Of a DNA stretch of 64,000 bases, positions 34,093 through 42,973 are shown piece by piece; positions within the stretch are counted from its first letter, which is position 1, and every line of letters starts with the position of its first letter. The notes below the pieces were generated by a model. That model worked only from the letters and a program-made list of their open reading frames with translations. It did no database searches and was not told the DNA's origin. Origin of the DNA: Escherichia phage S143_2; the sequence record MZ189261.1. One strand, written 5' to 3'. A program made the position numbers and the translations under genes.

Positions 34093-34556
34093 AAAGAGTC
34101 TCTTAATAGGTTTAACACATCAATAAATTCAGCTTCGGTTAGTATTGTATCATCTTTTGTTAGACCGCTAGCCATGCTGTGCTTCAAAATTTTTCCTTTA
34201 GAGGCTTGTAAGGCATCACGAAACCCCTTGTTTTGGATCGCGGCTTCAAAATATGCATTTGTGTATAATTCTTTCCACGCTTCGGAGTATCTTGAAAATG
34301 GAACTCCTAACCAGAAGAGAGTTCCACGGTCCTGAGCTCTTGCATAAGACCTTCCAGCTTGCTGTGCAGCCAATCCAGACATCCCAAATATGCGTCTTTG
34401 TTGTTCAACATTTTTCACCTTACATCCTTGGAGAAATCCTTCAAGTCCTCCGAATTGAATACCATCCATAACGAAAGGCCATTGAGCAAAGTTACTTAAT
34501 GCACATGACGGCCATTTGAAATTGCTTCTTATTTCTAATTCAGACATCTTTAACAC
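34089..34556 (-). CDS. YbiA/NADAR-domain-like protein (30.3 position)
   Basis: 155 aa; LSNFAQWPF...DG...LEGFLQGCK resembles the DFSNFA...EHYFQAQK signature of E. coli YbiA as recalled. Confidence 0.5.
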   Translation of the reverse strand: MLKMSELEIRSNFKWPSCALSNFAQWPFVMDGIQFGGLEGFLQGCKVKNVEQQRRIFGMSGLAAQQAGRSYARAQDRGTLFWLGVPFSRYSEAWKELYTNAYFEAAIQNKGFRDALQASKGKILKHSMASGLTKDDTILTEAEFIDVLNLLRDSL

Positions 34557-34758
34557 TTATAATTTCAACATCAGCCCAATGGCCATATCCAGGTATACGG
34601 TCTTCGATAGATAAATTTCCGTCATTTTTAGGCATTTTAATTGACGTAACGTATGGTTCTAAACGGTTTTCTGCATAATACGGAAAAACGTCTGTTACAC
34701 GATAAGTAACTTCGATCATTTCCGTACCAAACAATTTCTGGATTAATTTATTCAACAT
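34540..34758 (-). CDS. Hypothetical protein (72 aa)
   Basis: ORF in tightly packed - strand array. Confidence 0.45.
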   Translation of the reverse strand: MLNKLIQKLFGTEMIEVTYRVTDVFPYYAENRLEPYVTSIKMPKNDGNLSIEDRIPGYGHWADVEIISVKDV

Positions 34759-34945
34759 GTTTCAACCCTTTAATAGGAGATAACTCTTTACCCATACGTA
34801 TGTCAGAAGTCCCATCAACCCATTGAACAGCATACGCTTCATTGATAATTCCAGCAGTGGTTTTAAATTCACGGAGAACTTTAAAAATCATCCCAGGAAT
34901 TCCAACACCTTTTAATTGAACTGTTTGTGCTATTAAAAATTTCAT
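34748..34945 (-). CDS. Hypothetical protein (65 aa)
   Basis: ORF in tightly packed - strand array. Confidence 0.45.
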   Translation of the reverse strand: MKFLIAQTVQLKGVGIPGMIFKVLREFKTTAGIINEAYAVQWVDGTSDIRMGKELSPIKGLKHVE

Positions 34946-34999
34946 ATTTTTCCACTTACTAAAGAAATCATTATACTCTAATCCGTCCTTGGATGTAAA

Positions 35000-35617
35000 C
35001 TACTTAACGAAATTAATTTCTACCGGATGAACAACAGGTTGAGCAGTGATATATTGGGTAATTGCTTTCAAGACTAGAGCTTCAGACCCAGGATTTTTCT
35101 CAACGAATTCACGTGCTTGGTTATGAGCTTCAAGTTCACTTAGTAAACCACTTCGTTGGCATCCACGGTCTTGAGTACCCTGTTCAGATAAAAAGACGAC
35201 GATGTATTTTTCATCATCGTCATACGGTTTAGACGGTTGAGCAAATGTTCCTTTACTTCCAAAAGGAGAGTTATGACGCCACATCACGCCGTGAGGAGTT
35301 TCAACCTTCGTATATTCGTGCGGGCCGTTTTTCTTAGTTTCTTGATGTGGAACTTTGTAGACCTTAGGGTTAGGACATTCAATAAAATGCTCATCTAAAT
35401 CGGTCGAGAATATTAAAGTAAAACAATTACTAAATTTACCAACACCCGCCTGATAAATTTTACCTTCAGAAGTTCTAATTTCACAAACTGAGCCGGCATC
35501 AGTAACTTCTAAAACTTCAAAAGGCTCGATAAGGTCATATGAGAACATGTTTTTAAGGCGTGGAGTAATATCCCCATTTTTAAAATTCATTTTATAAAAA
35601 GTATTAACTTTAAACAT
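35000..35617 (-). CDS. Hypothetical protein (205 aa)
   Basis: ORF with GAGG SD; no recognisable catalytic motif. Confidence 0.6.
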   Translation of the reverse strand: MFKVNTFYKMNFKNGDITPRLKNMFSYDLIEPFEVLEVTDAGSVCEIRTSEGKIYQAGVGKFSNCFTLIFSTDLDEHFIECPNPKVYKVPHQETKKNGPHEYTKVETPHGVMWRHNSPFGSKGTFAQPSKPYDDDEKYIVVFLSEQGTQDRGCQRSGLLSELEAHNQAREFVEKNPGSEALVLKAITQYITAQPVVHPVEINFVK

Positions 35618-35629
35618 AATTTCCTCAGT

Positions 35630-35645
35630 GGGAGCCGAAGCTCCC
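35630..35645 (-). other. GC hairpin (GGGAGC-CGAA-GCUCCC) in intercistronic region
   Basis: 6-bp stem without U-tract between two - strand genes; possible RNA stability or processing element. Confidence 0.4.
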
Positions 35646-35652
35646 AGTTAAA

Positions 35653-36018
35653 TTAGATGTCGAATTCGTTAAGAACTACATCAAAGATTGCTTCGAGATG
35701 TTCAGGTTTAGCTCGGTTGCTCAGGATATGACGAATCCAAGTTTTAACCAGAAGTTTACGATTAACACCGTTCCAGCAAGGATGAGTACCTAAATCACGT
35801 TGACGGAAATCGTCATCTAATGCAATTTTGAAGTTAGAACCTTCCATCGTGATTGAAACCGTGATGCCATTTTCAAATCGCATATAAACGTAATTAGGAG
35901 TCATATACTGCTCAATTTCGCATACTGAACCGTTATTATGCTTCCATAAGCAAATTGTATCGATAGAACCAGCAATACCGTTAGAAACATATTTACGTTC
36001 GAAGTTGATGTAGTTCAT
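35653..36018 (-). CDS. Hypothetical protein (121 aa)
   Basis: ORF preceded by the conserved cassette GGAGAATAAAATGA (SD plus ATG) and an early promoter. Confidence 0.6.
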   Translation of the reverse strand: MNYINFERKYVSNGIAGSIDTICLWKHNNGSVCEIEQYMTPNYVYMRFENGITVSITMEGSNFKIALDDDFRQRDLGTHPCWNGVNRKLLVKTWIRHILSNRAKPEHLEAIFDVVLNEFDI

Positions 36019-36059
36019 TTTATTCTCCAGATGTTTAAGTTGTTTGTTGGTACAGGTCT

Positions 36060-36088
36060 ATAATAACAAAACCTGTACCAAAGTAAAC
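36060..36088 (-). promoter_or_regulatory. Early promoter GTTTAC-N17-TATTAT with a 10-bp inverted repeat across the spacer
   Basis: On - strand GTTTACTTTGGTACAGGTTTTGTTATTAT; TTGGTACAGG...CCTGTACCAA palindrome at 36046-36080. Confidence 0.45.
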
Positions 36089-36092
36089 ATTT

Positions 36093-36464
36093 TTATTTGA
36101 TTTTTGTCCACTTAGCTGAATCAATAACACCTTTTGCTTTAATCTTCTCGATTAATGCCTCTGCACGATTTCTGGCATTTTCGTACCATACAACATCTTC
36201 AGAGTAACCAGTCTCTTCATCTTCGTAAGTTTTAGAACGAATACAACCATAAACTGTAGAATTCAGACGGTAAATTTCACCAGTGAAAAAGTTTTCGATT
36301 TCGATATGATAACAAAAATCGTCTGAAGGGCCATCAGGAGTTGTACAATAAACTACATCACCTTGAACTGAACGAACCATCCACTGTAACTCGTTAACAA
36401 CTTGAGATTTATATCCATCATGGTCACGGCATTTAATTGTAGCATTTAAATTGATAGTGTTCAT
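36093..36464 (-). CDS. Hypothetical protein (123 aa)
   Basis: ORF with the same GGAGAATAAAATGA start cassette and an upstream early promoter. Confidence 0.6.
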   Translation of the reverse strand: MNTINLNATIKCRDHDGYKSQVVNELQWMVRSVQGDVVYCTTPDGPSDDFCYHIEIENFFTGEIYRLNSTVYGCIRSKTYEDEETGYSEDVVWYENARNRAEALIEKIKAKGVIDSAKWTKIK

Positions 36465-36506
36465 TTTATTCTCCGGTTGTTTTTATTGATTAGGTGGTAC
36501 AAGTCT

Positions 36507-36535
36507 ATAGTAACACATCCTACAGGAGAGTAAAC
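36507..36535 (-). promoter_or_regulatory. Early promoter GTTTAC-N17-TACTAT
   Basis: On - strand GTTTACTCTCCTGTAGGATGTGTTACTAT; homologous to the cassette at 36060-36088. Confidence 0.45.
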
Positions 36536-36565
36536 ATCTTTTTTTAAACTTTTTCTGCCCTAAAC

Positions 36566-36583
36566 GCACAAAAGGGAGACCGA
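36566..36583 (-). terminator. Intrinsic terminator (GGGAGAC-UUCG-GUCUCCC plus U-tract on - strand)
   Basis: Same 18-nt hairpin as at 13489, in opposite orientation, followed on - strand by CTTTTGTGCGTTT. Confidence 0.6.
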
Positions 36584-36596
36584 AGTCTCCCTAAAA

Positions 36597-36776
36597 TTAT
36601 GCAACAACCTTTCCAAAACGAGAAGCATCATCTCGAAGAACTGCACGTGCTCTGCGCATGATCTTCTCAACTGTTTGATTAATACGAGAGTTCGACCCAC
36701 GCTTGTATCCAGCGCGTTTAGAGGTACCATCAACTTTCTTTTCTACTGCTTTCTTTGCTTTAGCTTGTTTTGCCAT
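36597..36776 (-). CDS. Small lysine/arginine-rich protein (59 aa), absent from the ORF track
   Basis: MAKQAKAKKAVEKKVDGTSKRAGYKRGSNSRINQ...; followed directly by a terminator; just below the 60-aa track cutoff. Confidence 0.45.
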   Translation of the reverse strand: MAKQAKAKKAVEKKVDGTSKRAGYKRGSNSRINQTVEKIMRRARAVLRDDASRFGKVVA

Positions 36777-36939
36777 TATAAATTCTCTTTAAATGAAAAT
36801 GCAGGACTTATTGACATTGCCTGCTCAAGCCCTCAAGGGGAACATAGGTTTTGGATATTTAACGACAGGATAACCATAAACCCGTCATCATACCGACCAC
36901 GACTTACACAGCTAACATTTTGCTGACGCATGATAGTAA

Positions 36940-37188
36940 TTATTTCAAAGTAATAACAAAATGACGAACTGCTTTACGTGCTGCAGAAGCCAGAGGCTTA
37001 GCATATTTCAATTCATCTTTCTGGACCAGGATATCGCGAAGATCGGCTTGTGCTGGATTCAGATGTTTGAAATACTGTAAGATTTCAAGAGCTTCGGCTT
37101 CAACATCAATAGATGCGCCGTAATTGTCATGGCCATTATTCCATGCATGGCGTTGCAGTTCAAGAGCGTGTTGTAATTGTTTAATCAT
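36940..37188 (-). CDS. rIII: rIII lysis inhibition accessory protein
   Basis: 82 aa; MIKQLQHALELQRHAWNNGHDNYGASIDVEAEALEIL... matches T4 rIII as recalled. Confidence 0.9.
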   Translation of the reverse strand: MIKQLQHALELQRHAWNNGHDNYGASIDVEAEALEILQYFKHLNPAQADLRDILVQKDELKYAKPLASAARKAVRHFVITLK

Positions 37189-37312
37189 TTTAAATTCTCA
37201 ATTCGAGATAATACTTAGTAGCCACGTTCTTCTGAATTTCACTTTCTTTCGTCAAGTCTCTCAGTTGTAGGCTACCGCTTAGAAGAGTGTTCTCTTCATA
37301 TAGTTATTTATA

Positions 37313-37645
37313 TCACTTATAAAGACATGGAATAGCTTTATAGTGGCATGTTACGAATTTCTGTTTAATTTCTTTAGGTTGTTTAAGACCTAAAGCCACA
37401 AATGGATGTGGAACATTTCGAATTTGTCCAACTGGTAGTGGAGTCAAATCACCGACTTCAACAAAACCTTCAGGAACATCAGGACCTACAGAATGAACTA
37501 CACATAGTTCAGGAACTTCACCTTGAACACGTTTACCAATCACAAGTCCTGATTCGGTAACTTCTTCATCACCTGCTTGAGCGGGTTCAGAAACCAGAAT
37601 GACATATTCACCAACAGCACGAATTGGGAGTTGTACTTCAGACAT
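37313..37645 (-). CDS. 31: Co-chaperonin gp31 (GroES analogue for capsid folding)
   Basis: 110 aa; [34 protein letters not shown]... matches T4 gp31 as recalled. Confidence 0.93.
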   Translation of the reverse strand: MSEVQLPIRAVGEYVILVSEPAQAGDEEVTESGLVIGKRVQGEVPELCVVHSVGPDVPEGFVEVGDLTPLPVGQIRNVPHPFVALGLKQPKEIKQKFVTCHYKAIPCLYK

Positions 37646-37675
37646 CTTATTTCCTTGTTGTTTGACGATAGATTA

Positions 37676-37700
37676 ATAATACCATACTATTCGTAAAGCA
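37676..37700 (-). promoter_or_regulatory. Middle (MotA-dependent) promoter candidate for gene 31
   Basis: On - strand ATGCTTTA-N12-TATTAT about 25 nt upstream of gene 31 ATG; T4 gene 31 is known to have a middle promoter. Confidence 0.4.
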
Positions 37701-37702
37701 TA

Positions 37703-38011
37703 TTACATAAGAAGCAAACGTTCCACCGGAGTACCATCAACCGAAATTACTTTATCAAGGCGGAAAGAACGCCACTGACCTAACTTGGTGTCGAATGCTC
37801 GAGCTGATTCACGAGGTTCATAACGAACTTCTGTTGCTGGATTGTTATTTTCATATTTGACTTCAAGTTCATCGCGCGAAGCAAACATAGTGCGTACCTC
37901 GCCGTTAGCCTTTTCAAATACAACACAATGAACGCCTACAGACAGAATAGTTTTAATACGTTCACGAAGAACCATAGTTTCTTGTTCAGTTAAAATCATA
38001 TTATTCACCAC
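37703..38011 (-). CDS. Hypothetical protein (102 aa), 31.1 position
   Basis: ORF between cd and gene 31. Confidence 0.5.
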   Translation of the reverse strand: MVNNMILTEQETMVLRERIKTILSVGVHCVVFEKANGEVRTMFASRDELEVKYENNNPATEVRYEPRESARAFDTKLGQWRSFRLDKVISVDGTPVERLLLM

Positions 38012-38582
38012 AAAAGTTTCGGATTTGTTCCCAATTCAGAGAACGAAGATTATTACGAGAGTACTGAATTACTTCAATACCGGCTTGTTTTAGAATGTCT
38101 GCCCAATTTTCAGGAGATCTGTCATATAATTCTGCGTATACAACCTTTTTAATACCTGACTGCGTAATAGCTTTAGTGCAATCAGGACATGGAGAAAGCG
38201 TCGTATATAACGTAGCACCTTCAATAGAATTACCTTTACGAGCTGCAAACAAAATTGCATTCAATTCTGCATGGATTTCATTATTAGCAGACCATGCACT
38301 ATGAGCGGCCCGATGTTCTTTAGCCAAAACAAAATTATCTGCCCGTCCAAATGCTGTAGTGCCTTCTTTATGTCCAGCAACGATGACCGGACTTGGTTTA
38401 TTCTTCAACCAACCGTTTTCGGATGCATGTTCGCAACAGTTTGTACCACCTGAAGGAGAGCCATTATAACCTGTAGAAATAATGCGTCCATCTTTTTCAA
38501 TGACTGCGCCAACTTTCCATGAACAACATTTTGATTCTTGAGAAATCAGATATGCAATCTGAAGGTATGTGCTAGCTTTCAT
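38001..38582 (-). CDS. cd: dCMP deaminase
   Basis: 193 aa as in T4 Cd; zinc-binding HAELNAI and SPCPDC motifs. Confidence 0.9.
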   Translation of the reverse strand: MKASTYLQIAYLISQESKCCSWKVGAVIEKDGRIISTGYNGSPSGGTNCCEHASENGWLKNKPSPVIVAGHKEGTTAFGRADNFVLAKEHRAAHSAWSANNEIHAELNAILFAARKGNSIEGATLYTTLSPCPDCTKAITQSGIKKVVYAELYDRSPENWADILKQAGIEVIQYSRNNLRSLNWEQIRNFCGE

Positions 38583-39574
38583 TATTGAACCTTATTAATA
38601 TAAGTTAACAGCTCTTTAGTTTGTTCCCAACTGATGCACGCATCGGTAATGGAAACGCCATAGGACATATTATCAGAAATTTTTTGATTTCCTTCATGTA
38701 GGAATGATTCTATCATAATTCCTTTGACCAAATCATTAGCTGCTAAATTTTTACCAATACCAATTTGATTGCTATAATACCCATCAGCGTTTGCGTGGCT
38801 ACAGTCAACCATTACATAATGATTCAGACCTAATGCACTTGCTTTGTTAGAAGCTTCTTGAATATCAGAAGAATGATAGTTCGGGCCGTTAGTCCCGCCA
38901 CGCAATACGATATGCGTATTCTGATTACCTTCAGCTTCAACAATGCCTACAGTACCATCGACGTCCATACCCATATACCGATGAGGCCAGGCGGCACTAT
39001 ACATCGCGTCTGTAGCTACTTTAATAGAACCATTGGTTGCGTTCTTGAAGCCTACGCACATCGGTAGACCTGAAGCAATTTCACGATGTGTCTGACTTTC
39101 AGTCGTACGGGCGCCAATAGCAACCCATGAGAAAATACCAGAAAGATACTTAATCGTGAATGGGTCTAATACTTCAGTTGCTAATGGAAGTCCCATACGT
39201 AGAAGTTTACGACACAATGTTCGTGCAACTATAAGACCGTGGTTCATATCAAAACTTCCGTCAAGATATGGATCATTTACAAGACCTTTCCAACCTACGG
39301 TAGTTCGAGGCTTTTCAAAATAAACGCGCATCACTAACAGAACATTAGGAAGACGAGTTTGAAGTTCAGCCAGACGTTTGCCGTATTCAACAGCAGCAAT
39401 AGGGTCATGAATTGAACAAGGACCTACAACAATAAGTTTGCGTGGGTCTTCACCGTTCATAATCGAATTAACTTGTTCGCGATGAGAAGCCACTTGTGAT
39501 GCGTAAGCTTCCGACAAAGGAATAATCTCAGCCAGTTCTTTTGGAGAAATAAGTTTTCTGACGACAGGTAACAT
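38582..39574 (-). CDS. 3-deoxy-D-arabino-heptulosonate-7-phosphate (DAHP) synthase, class I (AroG/AroF/AroH-like)
   Basis: 330 aa; LIVVGPCSIHDP, VMRVYFEKPRTTVGWKGL, AIGARTTESQ, DCSHANA, MIESFLHEGNQ and SITDACISW blocks align to E. coli AroG/AroH as recalled, including the four metal-ligand positions (Cys, His, Glu, Asp). Confidence 0.88.
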   Translation of the reverse strand: MLPVVRKLISPKELAEIIPLSEAYASQVASHREQVNSIMNGEDPRKLIVVGPCSIHDPIAAVEYGKRLAELQTRLPNVLLVMRVYFEKPRTTVGWKGLVNDPYLDGSFDMNHGLIVARTLCRKLLRMGLPLATEVLDPFTIKYLSGIFSWVAIGARTTESQTHREIASGLPMCVGFKNATNGSIKVATDAMYSAAWPHRYMGMDVDGTVGIVEAEGNQNTHIVLRGGTNGPNYHSSDIQEASNKASALGLNHYVMVDCSHANADGYYSNQIGIGKNLAANDLVKGIMIESFLHEGNQKISDNMSYGVSITDACISWEQTKELLTYINKVQ

Positions 39575-39694
39575 AACAATCCTTAGGAGATATAAACAGA
39601 TTCTGATTCAACAATACCTTTAACCGGATTAGACAGGCTAAGTTGGTAGTGCTAAGATTTATGACCATTCTCGATAGTAATGAGATAGCTCTCA

Positions 39695-39931
39695 TTATAG
39701 TGTTCCATATACTCGAGTTGCTTCAACAAGACCATCACTGCCTAATTTAAGGCTAGTAATCTGGTCACCATCTTTAGGATTAACGATTATGAGAAAAGAA
39801 CGAGGAGATTCTTGAATAACTCGTAATGTTGCATCTTGGAAACGTTCAGACACTTTATTGATGAGTGCTTGAGCAAATTCTTTTACTTTAATCTGAAATT
39901 CGTGTACTGTAATTGGGTTTTCACTTAGCAT
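39695..39931 (-). CDS. Hypothetical protein (78 aa)
   Basis: ORF downstream of an early promoter; followed by the ATGAGAG-CTAT-CTCTCAT hairpin at its stop. Confidence 0.5.
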   Translation of the reverse strand: MLSENPITVHEFQIKVKEFAQALINKVSERFQDATLRVIQESPRSFLIIVNPKDGDQITSLKLGSDGLVEATRVYGTL

Positions 39932-39959
39932 TTCTATTTCCTCATTTGTTGGTAGAGTT

Positions 39960-39989
39960 ATAGTATCACAACTCCACCATGTTGTAAAC
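39960..39989 (-). promoter_or_regulatory. Early promoter GTTTAC-N18-TACTAT
   Basis: On - strand GTTTACAACATGGTGGAGTTGTGATACTAT; likely promoter for the 78-aa gene and the DAHP synthase downstream. Confidence 0.45.
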
Positions 39990-39991
39990 CA

Positions 39992-40267
39992 TTAAATTGC
40001 TTTGCATTCAATTTTTTGTGTACCGAAATTGATATCACATTGGATAACTAAATCGCCGTCAAGATCAAATACCACTATGACGTGTGCAGACCCAGGGAGA
40101 AGAGTAATAGCAATAGAATCTACTTGGTCTGGGAGCAAAGCATTGAGTACATGAGTTAGTTGAGCATGAACTCTGAGTTCGGCTGCATTATCAAGCACTT
40201 CAAACATATTATTAGCAATAATCTGACTGAAGACTACCTTTACAATTTCAGAATAAGTTGGGAACAT
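39992..40267 (-). CDS. Hypothetical protein (91 aa)
   Basis: ORF in the cd to pseT variable region. Confidence 0.5.
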   Translation of the reverse strand: MFPTYSEIVKVVFSQIIANNMFEVLDNAAELRVHAQLTHVLNALLPDQVDSIAITLLPGSAHVIVVFDLDGDLVIQCDINFGTQKIECKAI

Positions 40268-40274
40268 AATTACC

Positions 40275-40499
40275 TCAGTGCACAGTATTTACTTTAACTC
40301 GAACAACAAATCGCTCGGTTGGTTCACCTACAGGAACAAACTCTACATGATATTCACCTTTGTAACGAGTATTCAGATCATTACGAATTCCTGCGAGTTT
40401 GTTGATTAATGTAGGACTCATATTAAGTCCCACTAGTTTACGAAGCATTTTGTATGCTTCATCTTCGATTTCATGATGTTTATCGTACATAGTTTTCAT
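40275..40499 (-). CDS. Hypothetical protein (74 aa)
   Basis: ORF in the cd to pseT variable region. Confidence 0.5.
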   Translation of the reverse strand: MKTMYDKHHEIEDEAYKMLRKLVGLNMSPTLINKLAGIRNDLNTRYKGEYHVEFVPVGEPTERFVVRVKVNTVH

Positions 40500-40670
40500 T
40501 TAACCATTCAATTGCCTGGTCGACGTTATCAAATATACTGCCGTCCAACCATTCTTCATGTTCATAGTCCAGCACATCAATGCCGAACCGTCCATTTACT
40601 AAAGGCCATACTACAAACAAATATTCTTTATGCTGTTCGATGGCCTCAATCACTTCATATAATCGTTTCA

Positions 40671-40671
<1 letters not shown>
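40480..40671 (-). CDS. Hypothetical protein (63 aa)
   Basis: ORF whose start overlaps the pseT stop. Confidence 0.45.
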
Positions 40672-41757
<1,086 letters not shown>

Positions 41758-41758
<1 letters not shown>

Positions 41759-42057
41759 TATTTTATTCCTAAGAAAGTTTCAAGAATACGAATGTTATGC
41801 TCGCGCCGGTCTTTATTAATTTCAGCAACGTTTTTATTAATTGACGTACTTCTAACGTTTGAAGAAATAAATTTAATCATATGACTTTTGAGTTGTTGCA
41901 AATCCAACCCTTTTTCTTTAGCAGCTTTACGAAGAGCTTTACCTGCTTCATCTAGTGCCTTTGCTGCATCTTTGTCATAATTGCCGAGTGACATTCCACG
42001 ACAGATATCAATATACTCATCAGACCGTTTGATGTAATTCTCTAGTAATGTTTTCAT
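41758..42057 (-). CDS. Hypothetical protein (99 aa)
   Basis: ORF in operon-like array. Confidence 0.5.
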
Positions 42058-42114
42058 TTAGATTTCCTCAATTATCCATAGGAGCATTATACTCTGCTCC
42101 TGAGAGTTTGTAAA

Positions 42115-42339
42115 CTATTTTACTAAAGATTCAATATACTCGTGAAGAGCTTTAGTCGCTACTGCCCACTTATTCTGATATTCATTTTTCAGATTAGCAC
42201 GAGACTGAACTAACAATCGGTCATTAGTCGGAGGCAAAGATTCTAATCGTTGAATCTGGCGCCCATAAATCATAGCCGCCATTTCAGATTCATAGATAAG
42301 CCCTTTAATGTATTCATGTTGTTCTTTAGTCATTGGCAT
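42115..42339 (-). CDS. Hypothetical protein (74 aa)
   Basis: ORF in operon-like array. Confidence 0.5.
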   Translation of the reverse strand: MPMTKEQHEYIKGLIYESEMAAMIYGRQIQRLESLPPTNDRLLVQSRANLKNEYQNKWAVATKALHEYIESLVK

Positions 42340-42620
42340 TTTTCCTCTTTTAAACCACTACGATAATAACATATCATAGTCTTCTGGTCGTGTACATATC
42401 TTTTTACATCGTTTAACCAGATACGAAATTCTTGAGAGTCTTCAAATGGCATTCCAACCCACGGATTACCATCAATAACCTTTACTTGCCATTTCTGGTT
42501 ATATTCAACAATAGATTCAGGCCATGGCGGATGTAAAGTTTCTTTAGGGCTTAAGGGCACATCCTGGGCACATCCGGCCAAAATGCCAATAGATAATACA
42601 ACTGCGGTTAATTTAATCAT
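42330..42620 (-). CDS. o-spanin (outer-membrane lipoprotein; T4 PseT.2 position)
   Basis: 96 aa; signal peptide with lipobox ILAGC; immediately downstream of and overlapping the i-spanin-like gene. Confidence 0.7.
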   Translation of the reverse strand: MIKLTAVVLSIGILAGCAQDVPLSPKETLHPPWPESIVEYNQKWQVKVIDGNPWVGMPFEDSQEFRIWLNDVKRYVHDQKTMICYYRSGLKEEKCQ

Positions 42621-42973
42621 TCTGAGAGCTTCCTGAGGTCTTCTGCAAAGGAATCGAAGGACCTGTTGATTTGTTTTTCGACCAATCCTGGTTTACTTGC
42701 CACCACGTTCTTCTTCTTCGAATCCTTACGGAGCTTTTCATTTTCGGCCTTAAGTTGGTCAACTAAAACACGGTTCTTATAAGTCATTTCTTCGATTGAC
42801 TGATATTGAACCTTGAAGTCGTCTAATACTTTAGCATTGTTTTTAGCGGTCTCTTTGACAGAAGCTAATTCAGTATTCAACGAATCAACTTTGTTGTTTA
42901 AGACCACTATTGTTATCGTAGAAACTAGAGCAAAAGCTGCTACTATAGCATAAATCGGATTTACTTTAAGCAT
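42617..42973 (-). CDS. i-spanin (inner-membrane; T4 PseT.3 position)
   Basis: 118 aa; N-terminal hydrophobic helix (IYAIVAAFALVSTITIVVL) followed by coiled-coil-like charged region. Confidence 0.7.
   Translation of the reverse strand: MLKVNPIYAIVAAFALVSTITIVVLNNKVDSLNTELASVKETAKNNAKVLDDFKVQYQSIEEMTYKNRVLVDQLKAENEKLRKDSKKKNVVASKPGLVEKQINRSFDSFAEDLRKLSE

Noticed and set aside
36675-36926. 83-aa + strand ORF between rIII and the 30.x cluster
   Set aside because: The - strand 59-aa basic ORF with SD and terminator explains this region better; the + strand ORF has no signals and runs against local transcription polarity.
37189-37312. rIII to gene 31 gap with - strand TATAAATA-like sequence and GAAGAG...CTCTTC hairpin
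   Set aside because: The TATAAATA-like match overlaps the gene 31 stop about 115 nt from rIII, an unusually long leader; left uncalled as too uncertain.
39575-39694. 120-nt gap upstream of the DAHP synthase as a possible tRNA or ncRNA
   Set aside because: No cloverleaf-compatible pairing seen by eye and no conserved promoter; more likely a 5' UTR plus the hairpin at the preceding gene's stop. Not excluded without a tRNA scan.
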